NCBI GenBank assembly: GCA_036758965.1
Contig: DAIOVO010000003.1
Span: forward strand, 1 to 57,941
Direction: 5' to 3'
DNA length: 57,941 nt
Source: Chthoniobacterales bacterium
GTDB taxonomy: Bacteria; Verrucomicrobiota; Verrucomicrobiia; Chthoniobacterales; UBA10450
Shown here: positions 39,044-48,920 of the stretch, one piece after another
Layout: each line of letters starts with the position of its first letter
How positions within the stretch are numbered: the first letter of the stretch is position 1
The notes under the pieces: generated by a model
Database searches by the model: none
What the model was told of the DNA's origin: nothing
The model's input: only the letters and a program-made list of their open reading frames with translations
Program-made: the position numbers and the translations under genes

Positions 39044-39646
39044 TCAGGCAGGCCGGATCATCTCGAAGCGGTCGCGCGTGCGGCAGTACCAATTCGGACT
39101 GGCCATGCGTCCGATAACCTGGAAATCCTCGGTCCGAATCCGCAATCTCTCGGGATCGATCAACGCGTCGCGTACGTGCACCCGCCGAACCAGCCCGATG
39201 ACGACCCGGTTGCCGCCGATCTGGAGTGTGCCCCATTCCTTGCATTCGAGGCTGGCTGGCGCTTCGCCGATTCGCGGCGGTGTGACCACGGACGAGGCGA
39301 CCGCAGTTAGTCCAGCGCTTTCGAGTTCGCTCATCCCGTACGGAAGCGACGCCGAAGTATGGTTCATCGCTTCCGCCGTTGCTTCATCGACAAGGTTTAC
39401 CACGAACTCGTGGCTTCGACGGATGTTGCGCGCCGTGTCCTTCGGCGAACCATCGTCGCGATCGCCCGGCGCGAAGCCGATAATGGGAGGATCGGCCCCG
39501 AGCGCGTTAAAAAAACTGAATGGGGCGGCGTTGATTCCGCCGTTTTCGTCCAGCGTTGTCACCCAGGCGATGGGACGCGGTGTAATAAGTGAGACCAGCA
39601 TCGCATAAGCGCGGCTGGCATGTTTGCCTTCCAGGTCGAGTTCCAT
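39044..39646 (-). CDS. flavin reductase family protein (FMN-binding split barrel)
   Basis: LITPRPIAWVTT...INAAPFSFFN pattern typical of the flavin reductase-like domain; 200 aa. Confidence 0.8.
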   Translation of the reverse strand: MELDLEGKHASRAYAMLVSLITPRPIAWVTTLDENGGINAAPFSFFNALGADPPIIGFAPGDRDDGSPKDTARNIRRSHEFVVNLVDEATAEAMNHTSASLPYGMSELESAGLTAVASSVVTPPRIGEAPASLECKEWGTLQIGGNRVVIGLVRRVHVRDALIDPERLRIRTEDFQVIGRMASPNWYCRTRDRFEMIRPA

Positions 39647-39793
39647 CCGAATAAGTCGTTCGGAGATTTATCCTTTCAAGTCGCTGGATTGGAATCCGTC
39701 CAAGTCGGCGATTAGCCTGAATTAGAATAGTTGAAAAGAAAAGCCGCCGAGCTTGCGCCCGGCGGCTTCTTGTTTGCGTTAATGTTGTGGTTC

Positions 39794-40759
39794 TTAGCCC
39801 AAATCGAGCGAGTCGAGCGTTGGCTCGTCTATCGCGGCAGTGGTGTAGAGGCCGTGATCGGATTGGTAGGCAGTGAGCGCCTCGCGCGTTATTGGTCCGA
39901 GTAAGCCGTCCACTTCACCACGATAGTAACCCTGCTCCTGAAGCGAGGCTTGCACATCGGCAATGACCCGATCGGGTGGTTCGGCGCGGGAACCGACATA
40001 GATCGGTCCATCATAAGCGTAGTATTCGGCAGAAGGGCTATAACCCCAGGCTGGATACCAGTAGCCTGCATTCCAGAAGTAGTAGCCGCCGCCAATGAGC
40101 TCGACGCGGTTGTAGCGGGAACGATACCATCCCTGGTCGTGGCGTTCCGGATGGTAGGAGCGAAACACCGTGTATTTCTCACCCTGCCAGCGGTCGGCTC
40201 CATTGATCCGGTAACTCTCATTAAATGTCACCGACGGAACTTTCTCTGGCTTTGGCTGCGCGCGAAAGTTCGCGTGCTCGGTTTTGATTTTCTGGACTTG
40301 TTGTTTATCGAGCTTCTTTCCGCGGTTGGGATTGTTTGCCTGAGCAGCACCGGCCGCCGTAGGTGCGGCGGTCGCAACCGGCGTGGCGGTTGCGTTTACC
40401 GCAGCCGACGACTGAGCGCTTGTTGCGGCAGAAGTCGGGGTCGCCTGCTTGTCCGGACCGTGACGGTTCGCCCGCTCCTTACGGTTTGCATGTTCGCCTT
40501 TATCGCCCTTAGGGGCGCCTGGGGTCGCTGCCTCCATCTGGCTGGCGGGCTGTTTGGACAATCCCTTCGGCGCGCCCCTGGTCTCCGCGTGCCTTTGCGG
40601 AATAGACTCGACAGTTGGGGTCGATTTCACCTCCTTGGGATGTCCTTTTTCCCCCTGTTTTTTCTCTGTTGGCGTTGGTTGCTCCTCGGTCTGCTGGGCG
40701 ATGGCGCTGGCGGCCAGAGCGAGGGAGCAGCTAATCAATAATGTTAGGAATTTTTTCAT
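39794..40759 (-). CDS. secreted protein with C-terminal peptidoglycan-binding (PG_binding_1) domain
   Basis: Signal peptide, a low-complexity Ala/Thr/Lys linker, a Tyr/Trp-rich region, and LQEQGYYRGEVDGLLGPITREALTAYQ. Confidence 0.7.
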   Translation of the reverse strand: MKKFLTLLISCSLALAASAIAQQTEEQPTPTEKKQGEKGHPKEVKSTPTVESIPQRHAETRGAPKGLSKQPASQMEAATPGAPKGDKGEHANRKERANRHGPDKQATPTSAATSAQSSAAVNATATPVATAAPTAAGAAQANNPNRGKKLDKQQVQKIKTEHANFRAQPKPEKVPSVTFNESYRINGADRWQGEKYTVFRSYHPERHDQGWYRSRYNRVELIGGGYYFWNAGYWYPAWGYSPSAEYYAYDGPIYVGSRAEPPDRVIADVQASLQEQGYYRGEVDGLLGPITREALTAYQSDHGLYTTAAIDEPTLDSLDLG

Positions 40760-41247
40760 CGTAATGTTTGTCGGATTTTTGGTGATAACTATTCAACTGG
40801 TGAACTCTGCTGAAAAGCTTCAATACTAATCCGCCCCGCGCGCTGGTTCCCCGGGCGAGCCATGTCACTTCTAACTTTTGGCCGAACTGAATCTGATAGC
40901 GACCGAATCGCGTTTCAGAAATTCATGGAGCGACTTTGGAACTTCGGAGGTGGCGTCGCTTTCGCTTGGCGCGATAGCTGAGGAACGGCCGCCTTTCAGG
41001 TCCTTCTTGGGCTCAAGGTCAACGACCTTGCGCGGCGAACCAGATTTCTTTTTTGTAATGTGTGGCACTCGTGGGATAACGCTGTGTCGGGAGGGCCAAC
41101 ATACATTGCCTCTTCACGTTATCCCTGCGCTTCCATTCGCGCTCTAAGCGCCGGTGAAGGACGTGGCAGTTCCAGCTCCAACCTACAGCCTTGCAATCGT
41201 TCCTGAACGCTAGTCCGGTCGTAGTGAACGTCAAATGATTTTAACAA

Positions 41248-41913
41248 CTATTTTTTGCGCGCGAGATGAAGGCCATCTGCCACCGGAATGAGAACCGACT
41301 CCACTCGATCGTCGGTCGCCAATTTGCGATTGAGCCGGTCCAGCGCGACGCCATCCGGCTCTGTCAAAGGCTGCTCGATGATTCGTCCATCCCAAATCAT
41401 ATTGTCAAAAATGAAAAGCCCGTTCGGCTTCATCTTCGGCAGAAGAAGCTCGAAGTAGGTATCGTAGCCGGTCTTATTGGCGTCGATGAAAGCGAGATCA
41501 ACTGGCGCCACGGGCTGCCATTTGGGTAACTCAGCCGCAGCATCACCCAGGTGCAGTTCGATGCGATCGGCCACTCCTTCCTTCTGCCAGTAGCGCTTTG
41601 CCATCGAGGCCCACTCCGCGCTGCTATCGAAACAACTCAGCCTGCCGTTGGCGGCGAGCCCGCGCGCGAGGCAAATGGAGCTATAACCGGTAAAGGTGCC
41701 GACTTCGACGGCGCAGCGCACCTCCAACAATTTCGTCAGGATGGTGAGGAAGTCGCCTTGTTCGCGGCTAATGAGCATGCGAGCGATGTCGCCGAGCGCT
41801 TCTGTCTCAGCTCGCAGCTCGTCCAGCAGAGGATCAACCGAGCGGGAACGATGGCGAAGGATGTAGTGGTAAAGCTCGTCATTCAGACGAACATACTTGG
41901 GCGTCGGTGCCAT
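41248..41913 (-). CDS. class I SAM-dependent O-methyltransferase (caffeoyl-CoA OMT-like)
   Basis: VEVGTFTGYSS SAM motif, AFIDANK and LLPKMKPNGLFIFDN typical of Methyltransf_3. Confidence 0.85.
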   Translation of the reverse strand: MAPTPKYVRLNDELYHYILRHRSRSVDPLLDELRAETEALGDIARMLISREQGDFLTILTKLLEVRCAVEVGTFTGYSSICLARGLAANGRLSCFDSSAEWASMAKRYWQKEGVADRIELHLGDAAAELPKWQPVAPVDLAFIDANKTGYDTYFELLLPKMKPNGLFIFDNMIWDGRIIEQPLTEPDGVALDRLNRKLATDDRVESVLIPVADGLHLARKK

Positions 41914-41930
41914 CGGTTAGCTAACAATTC

Positions 41931-44900
41931 CTAGTTGCTTTTCTCCGGATTGCGATCCGGGTAAGGCGGCACGGGTGGCAGCTCGTAATGCTTGCTCTTG
42001 AGCTCCCCGGTTATTTCCTGGATGGCGCGATCGAGCTGCTGGTCTTCGCCGTGAAATTCCTTTGCCGGATCGTTATCGACCACAATGTCGGGATCGACTC
42101 CGTGACTTTCGATTACCCATTCCTTGCCCTCTTTCGAATAAGGGGCGAACTCCGGCTTGAAGAATTGGCCGCCATCGATCAACGGCAGCGAATTGCGAAT
42201 CCCGATCACACCGCCCCAGGTTCGTTTTCCGATTAGCTTGCCGAGCCCGAGACTTTTGAAGCGATAGGGAAAGATGTCGCCGTCGGAAGCGGAGAATTCG
42301 TCGCATAAAGCGACCATCGGCCCGATAAAAGTCTGCGGCGGGTTAGTTTGCGGAGTGCCGTTGCGCGCGATCTCCACCATCACCAATGCGCGGCGCAAAC
42401 GCTCGATGACCAAAGGCGAAACGAAGCCCCCACCATTGCCACGCACATCGACGATCAAGGCCTTCTTTTTGATTTGCGGGAAGTAGAGCTTGGTAAACTC
42501 GTTGAGTCCCGGGCGTCCCATATCGGGAATGTGGAGGTAACCTGCTTCGCCATTGGTTTTCTTGTTTACGTAATCGATGTTCTTCTGCACCCAAGCCAGG
42601 TAGTAGAGCGGCGCTTCATTGGCGGTAGGGACAACAGTTACATCGCGCGCGCCCTCTTCCGCCGGCTTGGAATTGATGCGAAGGATAACTTGTTTATCGG
42701 CCGTGCCGATGAGCCCGTCGTAGAGATTGGGCAAGGTAGAGACAGGAACGCCGTTTACTGCCAGAATGTAGTCGCCGGGTTTGATGTTCAGGCCAATCGC
42801 AGTCAAAGGCGAACGCGTCTCCTTATCCCAATTTTCCCCCGGCAAAATGCGATCAATTCGATAGGCCTTACTGGCTGGATCGCGGGAGAACTCGGCGCCG
42901 AGAAGCCCGAGTTTGATTCGCGGTGTGTCCGGGCGCTCGCCGCCGGCGACATAAGTATGCCCGTTGTTCAGCTCGCCGATGAGTTCGCCGAGGAGATAGG
43001 TCAGATCATTCCGGTTATTTACGAACGGCAGCAATGCCGCATACTTGTCGCGCATCGCGTTCCAATCAACGCCGTTCATGTTCGGCGCGTAGAAGAAGTC
43101 GCGCATCTGCCGCCAGCACTCGAAGTAGATTTGGTTCCACTCCGCATGATGATCGAGCTGCATGTCGAGTCCGGCCAGCTTTAGCTCATGATCTTTTGTT
43201 TCCAGCTTGTCCTTGGGAAGATCGATGATGGCGTAGTCCTTTTTAATTTTGACCAGCATCTTCTTGCCGTCATCGGATATTTGATAAGCGTTCACTTCGC
43301 CGAGCACAGTCTCCTTGCGATCTTCCAGGCTATAAACGCAGAGATGCGCCTTGCGCGCGCCGGGGCCGCCATCGTCATCATCATCGCCATTGCGGTCTGC
43401 CACCGTCCGGCGAAGATAGAAGATGCGATCGCCCACCATACGAATATCGCTGTAATTGCCCGGTTCAATTTCCAGGCCGGAAATGCGATCGTCAATGCCA
43501 TCCAGATCAACCTTTACCACCACTGGCTTCTTCGTTTTTACTTCGCCGGGCGTGGACTTTTGATTAGGCGTCGGTGATTTCTTCTCATCGGCCTTGTTGC
43601 CTGCTTCTTCCTTATCGGGAGTTGCTTTCGACTCGGGCTTGCCCACCTCATCGCTGCGCGGAGCAAGCGGCGCTTCAGTGTCTTTCGACAAACTAATGAG
43701 GTAGATGCGCTCCATGTCGAGATAGACGTTCGCAAACTCTTCGTCACCGAAAGTAGGCGAGAAATTACGGGCGGAGGCAAGAAGCAGGTATTTGCCGTCA
43801 TCGCTAAACTTTACGTTGCCCGAACCATACCATTCGTCGGTCACTGCCGTCTGTTTCTTGTTAGCGACAGAATAGAGATAGACCTTTGGCATCCCATTTT
43901 CTTCCGGCCGCGACCAGGCGACCCACTGGCTGTCGGGCGACCAATCGTAGGATTCGATTTCGCCTTCCTTATCCTGATCGACCGTTGTTACGGCCTTGCT
44001 TGTGACATCGACGTAACGCAGCCGTTGTAGCCGATCCGGCCAAAGGAGCTTCCTACTATCGGGCGACCAGATCGGTTGGTAGTAATAAGTATCGGCGCCG
44101 CTGGTGATCTGGGTTGGCTGGCCGCGGCCATCCTGGGAACGGACGTAAAGCTCGTTTTCGCCCGTCGCATCCGAGTTATAGGCGATCCATTTGCCGTCGG
44201 GCGACCAAACCGCGTCGCGCTCGTGCGCATTCGAGGTCTTGGCCAGGTTGCGGGCATTCCCTTCCTTCCTCGGCACGGAAAATAATTCCCCGCGCGCTAC
44301 TACGATCGTCCGTTCGCCATCCGGCGCGAGATTAACTGACTCGACATGTTTGGAAGCATCAACAAAAGCGGAACGCCCCGAAGCGAAATCTTCCTTAATC
44401 TCAATTGGCACCGGCGTCGCCTGTCCACTGGCCAAATCGTACCGCCAGATGTAGCCCGCTTGCTCGAAAACAATCGAGTCCTTGCCCATGGACGGGAACT
44501 TCACGTCATAGTCTTTGAAGTGCGTGAGCTGTTTTGTTTCCTTCGTGGCAAGGTCGATCGAGAACAGGTTCATGCGCACATCACGATCGGAAGCGAAGTA
44601 GATATGGTTGTCTGCGCCCCACATCGGACAAATATCCTGGGCCGGATTGTTGGTGAGATTTTCGCTGGTGCCATTTTTGAAGTCGTAAATCCAAATATCG
44701 TCGGCCATTCCGCCGCGATAATGTTTCCAGGTGCGGAACTCACGAAAGACGCGGTTGAAAGCCATCTTCGAATCATCGGGCGAGAAGGAAACAAAACCGC
44801 CGCGCGGCACGGGAAGTTGCTGTGGTAGTTCCGCATCCAACCCCACCGCGTAGAGTTGGCCGATGAAGTCGTTGAACGATCGCATCCGCGACCGGTAAAC

Positions 44901-45314
44901 AACCAGCGGCTTGGTGTTCTCCCACGCCATCACCAGATTGTTCGGTCCCATGCGATCGGAGATATCGTCGCGACCGAGGGTGGCGGAAGTAGTCAGCCGT
45001 TTCGGTGCGCCGCCGGCTGCGGGCATAACATAGACTTCGGTGTTGCCATCGTATTGCGAGGTGAAAGCGAGCTGCGAGCCATCGGCCGAGAAGCGCGGAA
45101 ACGAGGTGTAACCGACGCCGCTGGTGAGTCGCCGCGCGGTGCCGCCTTCCTTTGGCACGGTGTAAAGTTCGCCCGCGTAGCAGAAGACGATGTCTTTGCC
45201 GTTGGTAGTCGGGAAACGCAGGAGGCGGGTGGTATTCGGAAGATTTTGTGCCGCCGCGTTAAAGACGAACGCGAGGCAGCCAGTGAAAAGAAGAGACCGC
45301 AGAAGAGTGCGCAT
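41931..45314 (-). CDS. tricorn protease homolog (beta-propellers + PDZ + S41 peptidase)
   Basis: Starts at MRTLLRSLLFTGCLAFVFNAAAQ (signal peptide). N-terminus RFPTTNGKDIVFCYAGELYTVPKEGG, PDZ region and S41 core DVRGNGGG. The ORF extension up to 45665 is Arg/Pro-rich noise. Confidence 0.9.
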   Translation of the reverse strand: MRTLLRSLLFTGCLAFVFNAAAQNLPNTTRLLRFPTTNGKDIVFCYAGELYTVPKEGGTARRLTSGVGYTSFPRFSADGSQLAFTSQYDGNTEVYVMPAAGGAPKRLTTSATLGRDDISDRMGPNNLVMAWENTKPLVVYRSRMRSFNDFIGQLYAVGLDAELPQQLPVPRGGFVSFSPDDSKMAFNRVFREFRTWKHYRGGMADDIWIYDFKNGTSENLTNNPAQDICPMWGADNHIYFASDRDVRMNLFSIDLATKETKQLTHFKDYDVKFPSMGKDSIVFEQAGYIWRYDLASGQATPVPIEIKEDFASGRSAFVDASKHVESVNLAPDGERTIVVARGELFSVPRKEGNARNLAKTSNAHERDAVWSPDGKWIAYNSDATGENELYVRSQDGRGQPTQITSGADTYYYQPIWSPDSRKLLWPDRLQRLRYVDVTSKAVTTVDQDKEGEIESYDWSPDSQWVAWSRPEENGMPKVYLYSVANKKQTAVTDEWYGSGNVKFSDDGKYLLLASARNFSPTFGDEEFANVYLDMERIYLISLSKDTEAPLAPRSDEVGKPESKATPDKEEAGNKADEKKSPTPNQKSTPGEVKTKKPVVVKVDLDGIDDRISGLEIEPGNYSDIRMVGDRIFYLRRTVADRNGDDDDDGGPGARKAHLCVYSLEDRKETVLGEVNAYQISDDGKKMLVKIKKDYAIIDLPKDKLETKDHELKLAGLDMQLDHHAEWNQIYFECWRQMRDFFYAPNMNGVDWNAMRDKYAALLPFVNNRNDLTYLLGELIGELNNGHTYVAGGERPDTPRIKLGLLGAEFSRDPASKAYRIDRILPGENWDKETRSPLTAIGLNIKPGDYILAVNGVPVSTLPNLYDGLIGTADKQVILRINSKPAEEGARDVTVVPTANEAPLYYLAWVQKNIDYVNKKTNGEAGYLHIPDMGRPGLNEFTKLYFPQIKKKALIVDVRGNGGGFVSPLVIERLRRALVMVEIARNGTPQTNPPQTFIGPMVALCDEFSASDGDIFPYRFKSLGLGKLIGKRTWGGVIGIRNSLPLIDGGQFFKPEFAPYSKEGKEWVIESHGVDPDIVVDNDPAKEFHGEDQQLDRAIQEITGELKSKHYELPPVPPYPDRNPEKSN

Positions 45315-45736
45315 AAGTGGCCGAAGTTCCAATCTTCCGTGCCGCAATGCAATCGCCTTTTGCACAAAACCTCCAGGCAGAGGAACGTGATCGCGCGTTC
45401 TGGAGGGACAACCGCACAGCACGCGGGTGTCTCGGGGAATCAGGGTTGGGAGTCCGTCGGTGTGGTCCCCGGATCGCGGACGGGGCGGCGCCGTCCCCCA
45501 GTGTTCGTATAGTGTAGGCGTGCGAATTAGGACGCCTGGGTAGCGCGCTCGTCTCGCGTGTTGGCGAACGGCGTCTCGCCTTCGCGGACTTCCTCCCGGC
45601 AGAGCGATGGAAAAAGTTCGTTTCCGCGGAACGCAGACGCGCGGCGGCGAGGCCGGGCTTTCCAACCAGCAGGCTAAACGCCCGCGCTACTCAGCGCAAT
45701 CCCGCAACGTCGCTATACCTGTCACGGATACGGGAA

Positions 45737-48700
45737 CTAGTTTGAATCGAGGTTAAAAACTTCGACCAAGGCGATGCCGGTCGTATTGTTTTTGCCTCTT
45801 ACAATCGCGGAATACTCTCCAGGGTTCAGCGTCGCGACAATGGCTGATTCGCCGTCTTGAGTCGGCGGCAGCCCGGTCGTCTGTATCGCTGACTGCTGGT
45901 CCGACTTCCAATTATCATTCTGATAAATGACCGCGCCATTACCATCATGTAGTTCAAGCGTCGGGTCGGCCAAACTATTACTAACTCCGAGACCAGCCAG
46001 ACTCGGTCCCAGCGCGCGCACAACTACCCTCGTAGGTTGCCCGCCTCCGATAATGAACCCACCAATCATCACATTGTCTCCCGTCCCGACATTTCCCCGG
46101 GTCGAAATATTCGCCAGCTTCGAGTTCTGTGGATCGATGTCGAACACTTCAACTAGAGCCACGCCAGTGGTGTTGTTGAGCCCGCGCAAGACGGCCGAGT
46201 AACCACCGGGCTTAAGCGTCGCGAGGATCGCAGACTCATGTTCGTCAGTTGGCGCGAGGCCTGTGTCAAGAATATCTATTCGATGTAAGTTCCAATTATC
46301 ATTAGCCGCAATGATAGCACCAGTGGAGTCGTGCAATTCCAGCATTGGATCCTGCATGGCACCTGGTACGCCTAACTGAGCCAAGGACGGCGCAACAGCC
46401 CGTAAACAGACTGTCTTCGGACTTGCGCCGGAGATGATAAAGCCGCCGATCTCCACTTGATCAAGATTTCCAACCATAACGCGCGTCGAAACGTTGGCCA
46501 AACCTGAGGTGGGAACCGCAGGTCGACCGAATAATTGATACACGAACAATTGTGGCGAACTTGCGGATAGTGTTAGGAGGCAAAGGTAATTATTGCCTGA
46601 ATCAATCGTCATAGCGGTTACTTCTCCTGACCCGCTCGGCAGTGTTATCGAACGCTTTTCTTGGTTGCTCGAATCGTAAATTCCAACCCATCCCGAAGCC
46701 AACCTCACATCCTCGCCCCCGAGGAAAAGGTACGAATCGTTCGAAGCGAACGCGGCCGTAACTGGTCTTTCTTGCGTATAGAACCACGTTGGGCCGGCGG
46801 CCAGATTAGCCGTCGAATACTTTGAGATCCGAATTGGGAAAGGGTCGGCAATGTTGGCAAGAACGAGGTGACTATTATCGTGCTGAACGGCAAACCAGGT
46901 CGCATTTCCGACTGGCGTAATACTGTGCGTCGGAATTGGCGTGGGCCCAGAGACATCAAAAGTTGTCAGCAATGAAGATACGCTATTATAAGTGGACAGC
47001 GCGTACAAAGTCTTCCTGTCGGCGCTAATGTGGAGTTTGGGCACACCTTCTAATGTGATCGTTTGCGTCACTGTGTTAGTTGCTAGATCCGCTTGAAGAA
47101 CTCCTCCAACAGTTGCGAGATATAATCGTCCATTCAAACCGTCTCGAATTTGGTAGCCATTCACCGAGTAGATCGAAAATGGCAAATCTGTAACTACTAG
47201 GGTATTGAGATCGATGCGGCGGATCGGTGGCCCATCGCCCACTAGGCACCAAAGGGTCGTCTTATCCGCGCTTATGTAAGCATCGGTAATGCTTGTAGAA
47301 ATTATCGGAGCCGGAGATAGGGTAAGCGTCGTCGTATCGAAGACGTACAATCCTCTATCGGTCGCGATGAAAACATGTGGCCGAAGGGGATCGGCTATTA
47401 CCCCTTGCGCAAATTGGTAACCAACGCCGACTTGTTTTACGAGTTTGTCGAGATTGCTGGGCACGGAGCCTGACGGCGAAATTACGAAATAAATTACTCT
47501 AGTCGCGTCGCCCCAGACCGTGTGAGCGGTGACGATAACCGAGTAGTTCCCGCTCAAAGTCGCGACTCCAGTGATCGCTCCGGTCGCCGAGTTTAAACTA
47601 AGGCCCGCTGGCAAGGTAGAACTTTCATAGTTTGTGATACTCCCTTGCGCTTGGATTTGGTAGTTGATTGAGTCACCTGAGTTAGCGCTGACCGTTCCCG
47701 AACTCGTAATCTGTGGAGGGCTGACGTCCAGAGGAAAGTCGGCCGCTGCGTCTCCGAAAGAAGTGTGCGCTACCACGTGAACTGTATAGTTTCCAGTTGC
47801 AGTCAGAATACCGCTGATGATGCCTGTAGCCTTATTTACCGAAAGTCCTGGAGGTAAACCGGTGGCATCGAAGCTGAACGGGTTATTCGTGGCAAGGATC
47901 TGGTAAGTGTACCTTGAGCCTATCGTCGAGAAGGGAGGAGGAAAACTAGTGATTTGCGGTCCGATGACAGTAACCGACAAAACTGCAGTTGCCGTTCCTC
48001 TTGCGCCTGTCGCGCTCAAAGTAATGTTATAAGTTCCAACGACCGTCGAGCGGCCGCTGATAAGACCAGTTGAACCGTTCACAGCGAGCCCGGGGGGAAG
48101 GCCAACTGCTCCAAAACTGGTAGGCGCGTTGTTACCAGTAATTTGAAAGGTGAAATCGTCGTTTATTGCGAAGGAAAAAGACGCCAGCGGACAGGTGATG
48201 CGCGGATCATATAGCCAGTGTGCACCTTGGATATCGTCATCGGCCAGATGATCCAGATTGCTCGTGATTGAGTTCATGATGGCGACGACGCTTTGGCCCG
48301 CTTCATCCGGGTGCCCCAAGCCGAGGGTGTGACCGAACTCATGTAGAGCAACACGATGAAAATCGAACGTATACTTTTTCTTTTTGGAATTGTACTGAAG
48401 TGGCCCGCGGTAGGAATTCCACAAGACGGCGTTATTGAAGAGGGTATCGGTTTCGATGAAGTGGTTATTGATATCGTTGAAATGAGTAGTTACCGCCAGC
48501 ACATTGGGCCCGAATGCCTGCCCATAAATAGTGCTGGAGAAGAAAGCTGAGTTCTGCCCGTCGTGTTGCTGCGGCGGAATAGTTGAGTTCGCGACCCAGG
48601 CGAAGTTCACCAGTTGAACTTGTTGATTCCAAAGCGAGAGCGCGTCCGCGGCCGAGGCATCCCAGCTTGCGAAACCATCCTGGAGAGTAGTTCCCTTCAA

Positions 48701-48844
48701 TAGCGGCCCAAGAGACAACTGCTCGGTTATGGTGCTATTAGGTGGCCAAGTAAAACCGTTTGGGACGTATCCGTGCGACGGCCGGATGGCGGCGCTGACG
48801 AAAAGGGCGATGGCGAATGACAGCCGGAAAAACCGGGAGGGCAT
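45737..48844 (-). CDS. secreted multidomain protein: M10 matrixin-like zinc metalloprotease + 3 Ig-like repeats + beta-propeller-like region + two C-terminal ~120 aa modules
   Basis: Signal peptide. HEFGHTLGLGHPDE zinc motif with a Met-turn candidate (AIMNS). Three GLPPGL..N..TG.I.G repeats. C-terminal tandem modules at about 46136-46501 and 45746-46117. Confidence 0.8.
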   Translation of the reverse strand: MPSRFFRLSFAIALFVSAAIRPSHGYVPNGFTWPPNSTITEQLSLGPLLKGTTLQDGFASWDASAADALSLWNQQVQLVNFAWVANSTIPPQQHDGQNSAFFSSTIYGQAFGPNVLAVTTHFNDINNHFIETDTLFNNAVLWNSYRGPLQYNSKKKKYTFDFHRVALHEFGHTLGLGHPDEAGQSVVAIMNSITSNLDHLADDDIQGAHWLYDPRITCPLASFSFAINDDFTFQITGNNAPTSFGAVGLPPGLAVNGSTGLISGRSTVVGTYNITLSATGARGTATAVLSVTVIGPQITSFPPPFSTIGSRYTYQILATNNPFSFDATGLPPGLSVNKATGIISGILTATGNYTVHVVAHTSFGDAAADFPLDVSPPQITSSGTVSANSGDSINYQIQAQGSITNYESSTLPAGLSLNSATGAITGVATLSGNYSVIVTAHTVWGDATRVIYFVISPSGSVPSNLDKLVKQVGVGYQFAQGVIADPLRPHVFIATDRGLYVFDTTTLTLSPAPIISTSITDAYISADKTTLWCLVGDGPPIRRIDLNTLVVTDLPFSIYSVNGYQIRDGLNGRLYLATVGGVLQADLATNTVTQTITLEGVPKLHISADRKTLYALSTYNSVSSLLTTFDVSGPTPIPTHSITPVGNATWFAVQHDNSHLVLANIADPFPIRISKYSTANLAAGPTWFYTQERPVTAAFASNDSYLFLGGEDVRLASGWVGIYDSSNQEKRSITLPSGSGEVTAMTIDSGNNYLCLLTLSASSPQLFVYQLFGRPAVPTSGLANVSTRVMVGNLDQVEIGGFIISGASPKTVCLRAVAPSLAQLGVPGAMQDPMLELHDSTGAIIAANDNWNLHRIDILDTGLAPTDEHESAILATLKPGGYSAVLRGLNNTTGVALVEVFDIDPQNSKLANISTRGNVGTGDNVMIGGFIIGGGQPTRVVVRALGPSLAGLGVSNSLADPTLELHDGNGAVIYQNDNWKSDQQSAIQTTGLPPTQDGESAIVATLNPGEYSAIVRGKNNTTGIALVEVFNLDSN

Positions 48845-48877
48845 AGGAACGGAAATATTCGTCTCTACTTACTAGAA

Positions 48878-48903
48878 TTGCGAGACAAATTTTTGTCTCG
48901 CAA
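48878..48903 (-). terminator. strong hairpin downstream of the aminotransferase gene (probable intrinsic terminator)
   Basis: TTGCGAGACAAAtTTTTGTCTCGCAA has perfect 12 nt arms and starts 18 nt past the stop at 48921. It also lies ~35 nt upstream of the start of 45737..48844. Confidence 0.5.
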
Positions 48904-48920
48904 GCGCTTTGCTTACTCGC

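Noticed and set aside
38955-39608. Long ORFs antisense to real genes, for example 38955..39608 (+), 39950..40741 (+), 42348..43184 (+), 25750..26283 (+), 9667..10107 (-) and 32999..33646 (-).
   Set aside because: These are typical shadow ORFs of GC-rich coding DNA, with Arg/Ala/Pro/Gly-rich translations and no motifs. The opposite strand carries clearly recognisable genes.
40871-41068. A small basic ORF (65 aa, MPHITKKKSGSPRK...) in the 490 nt gap between 40759 and 41248.
   Set aside because: It has no motif and no obvious ribosome-binding site, and a similar-sized ORF overlaps it on the other strand. Evidence is insufficient to call a gene.
45315-45665. A long N-terminal extension of the tricorn ORF (start at 45665), which would add 117 aa.
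   Set aside because: The extension is Arg/Pro/Gly-rich with no coding character. A clean signal peptide begins at the ATG at 45314.
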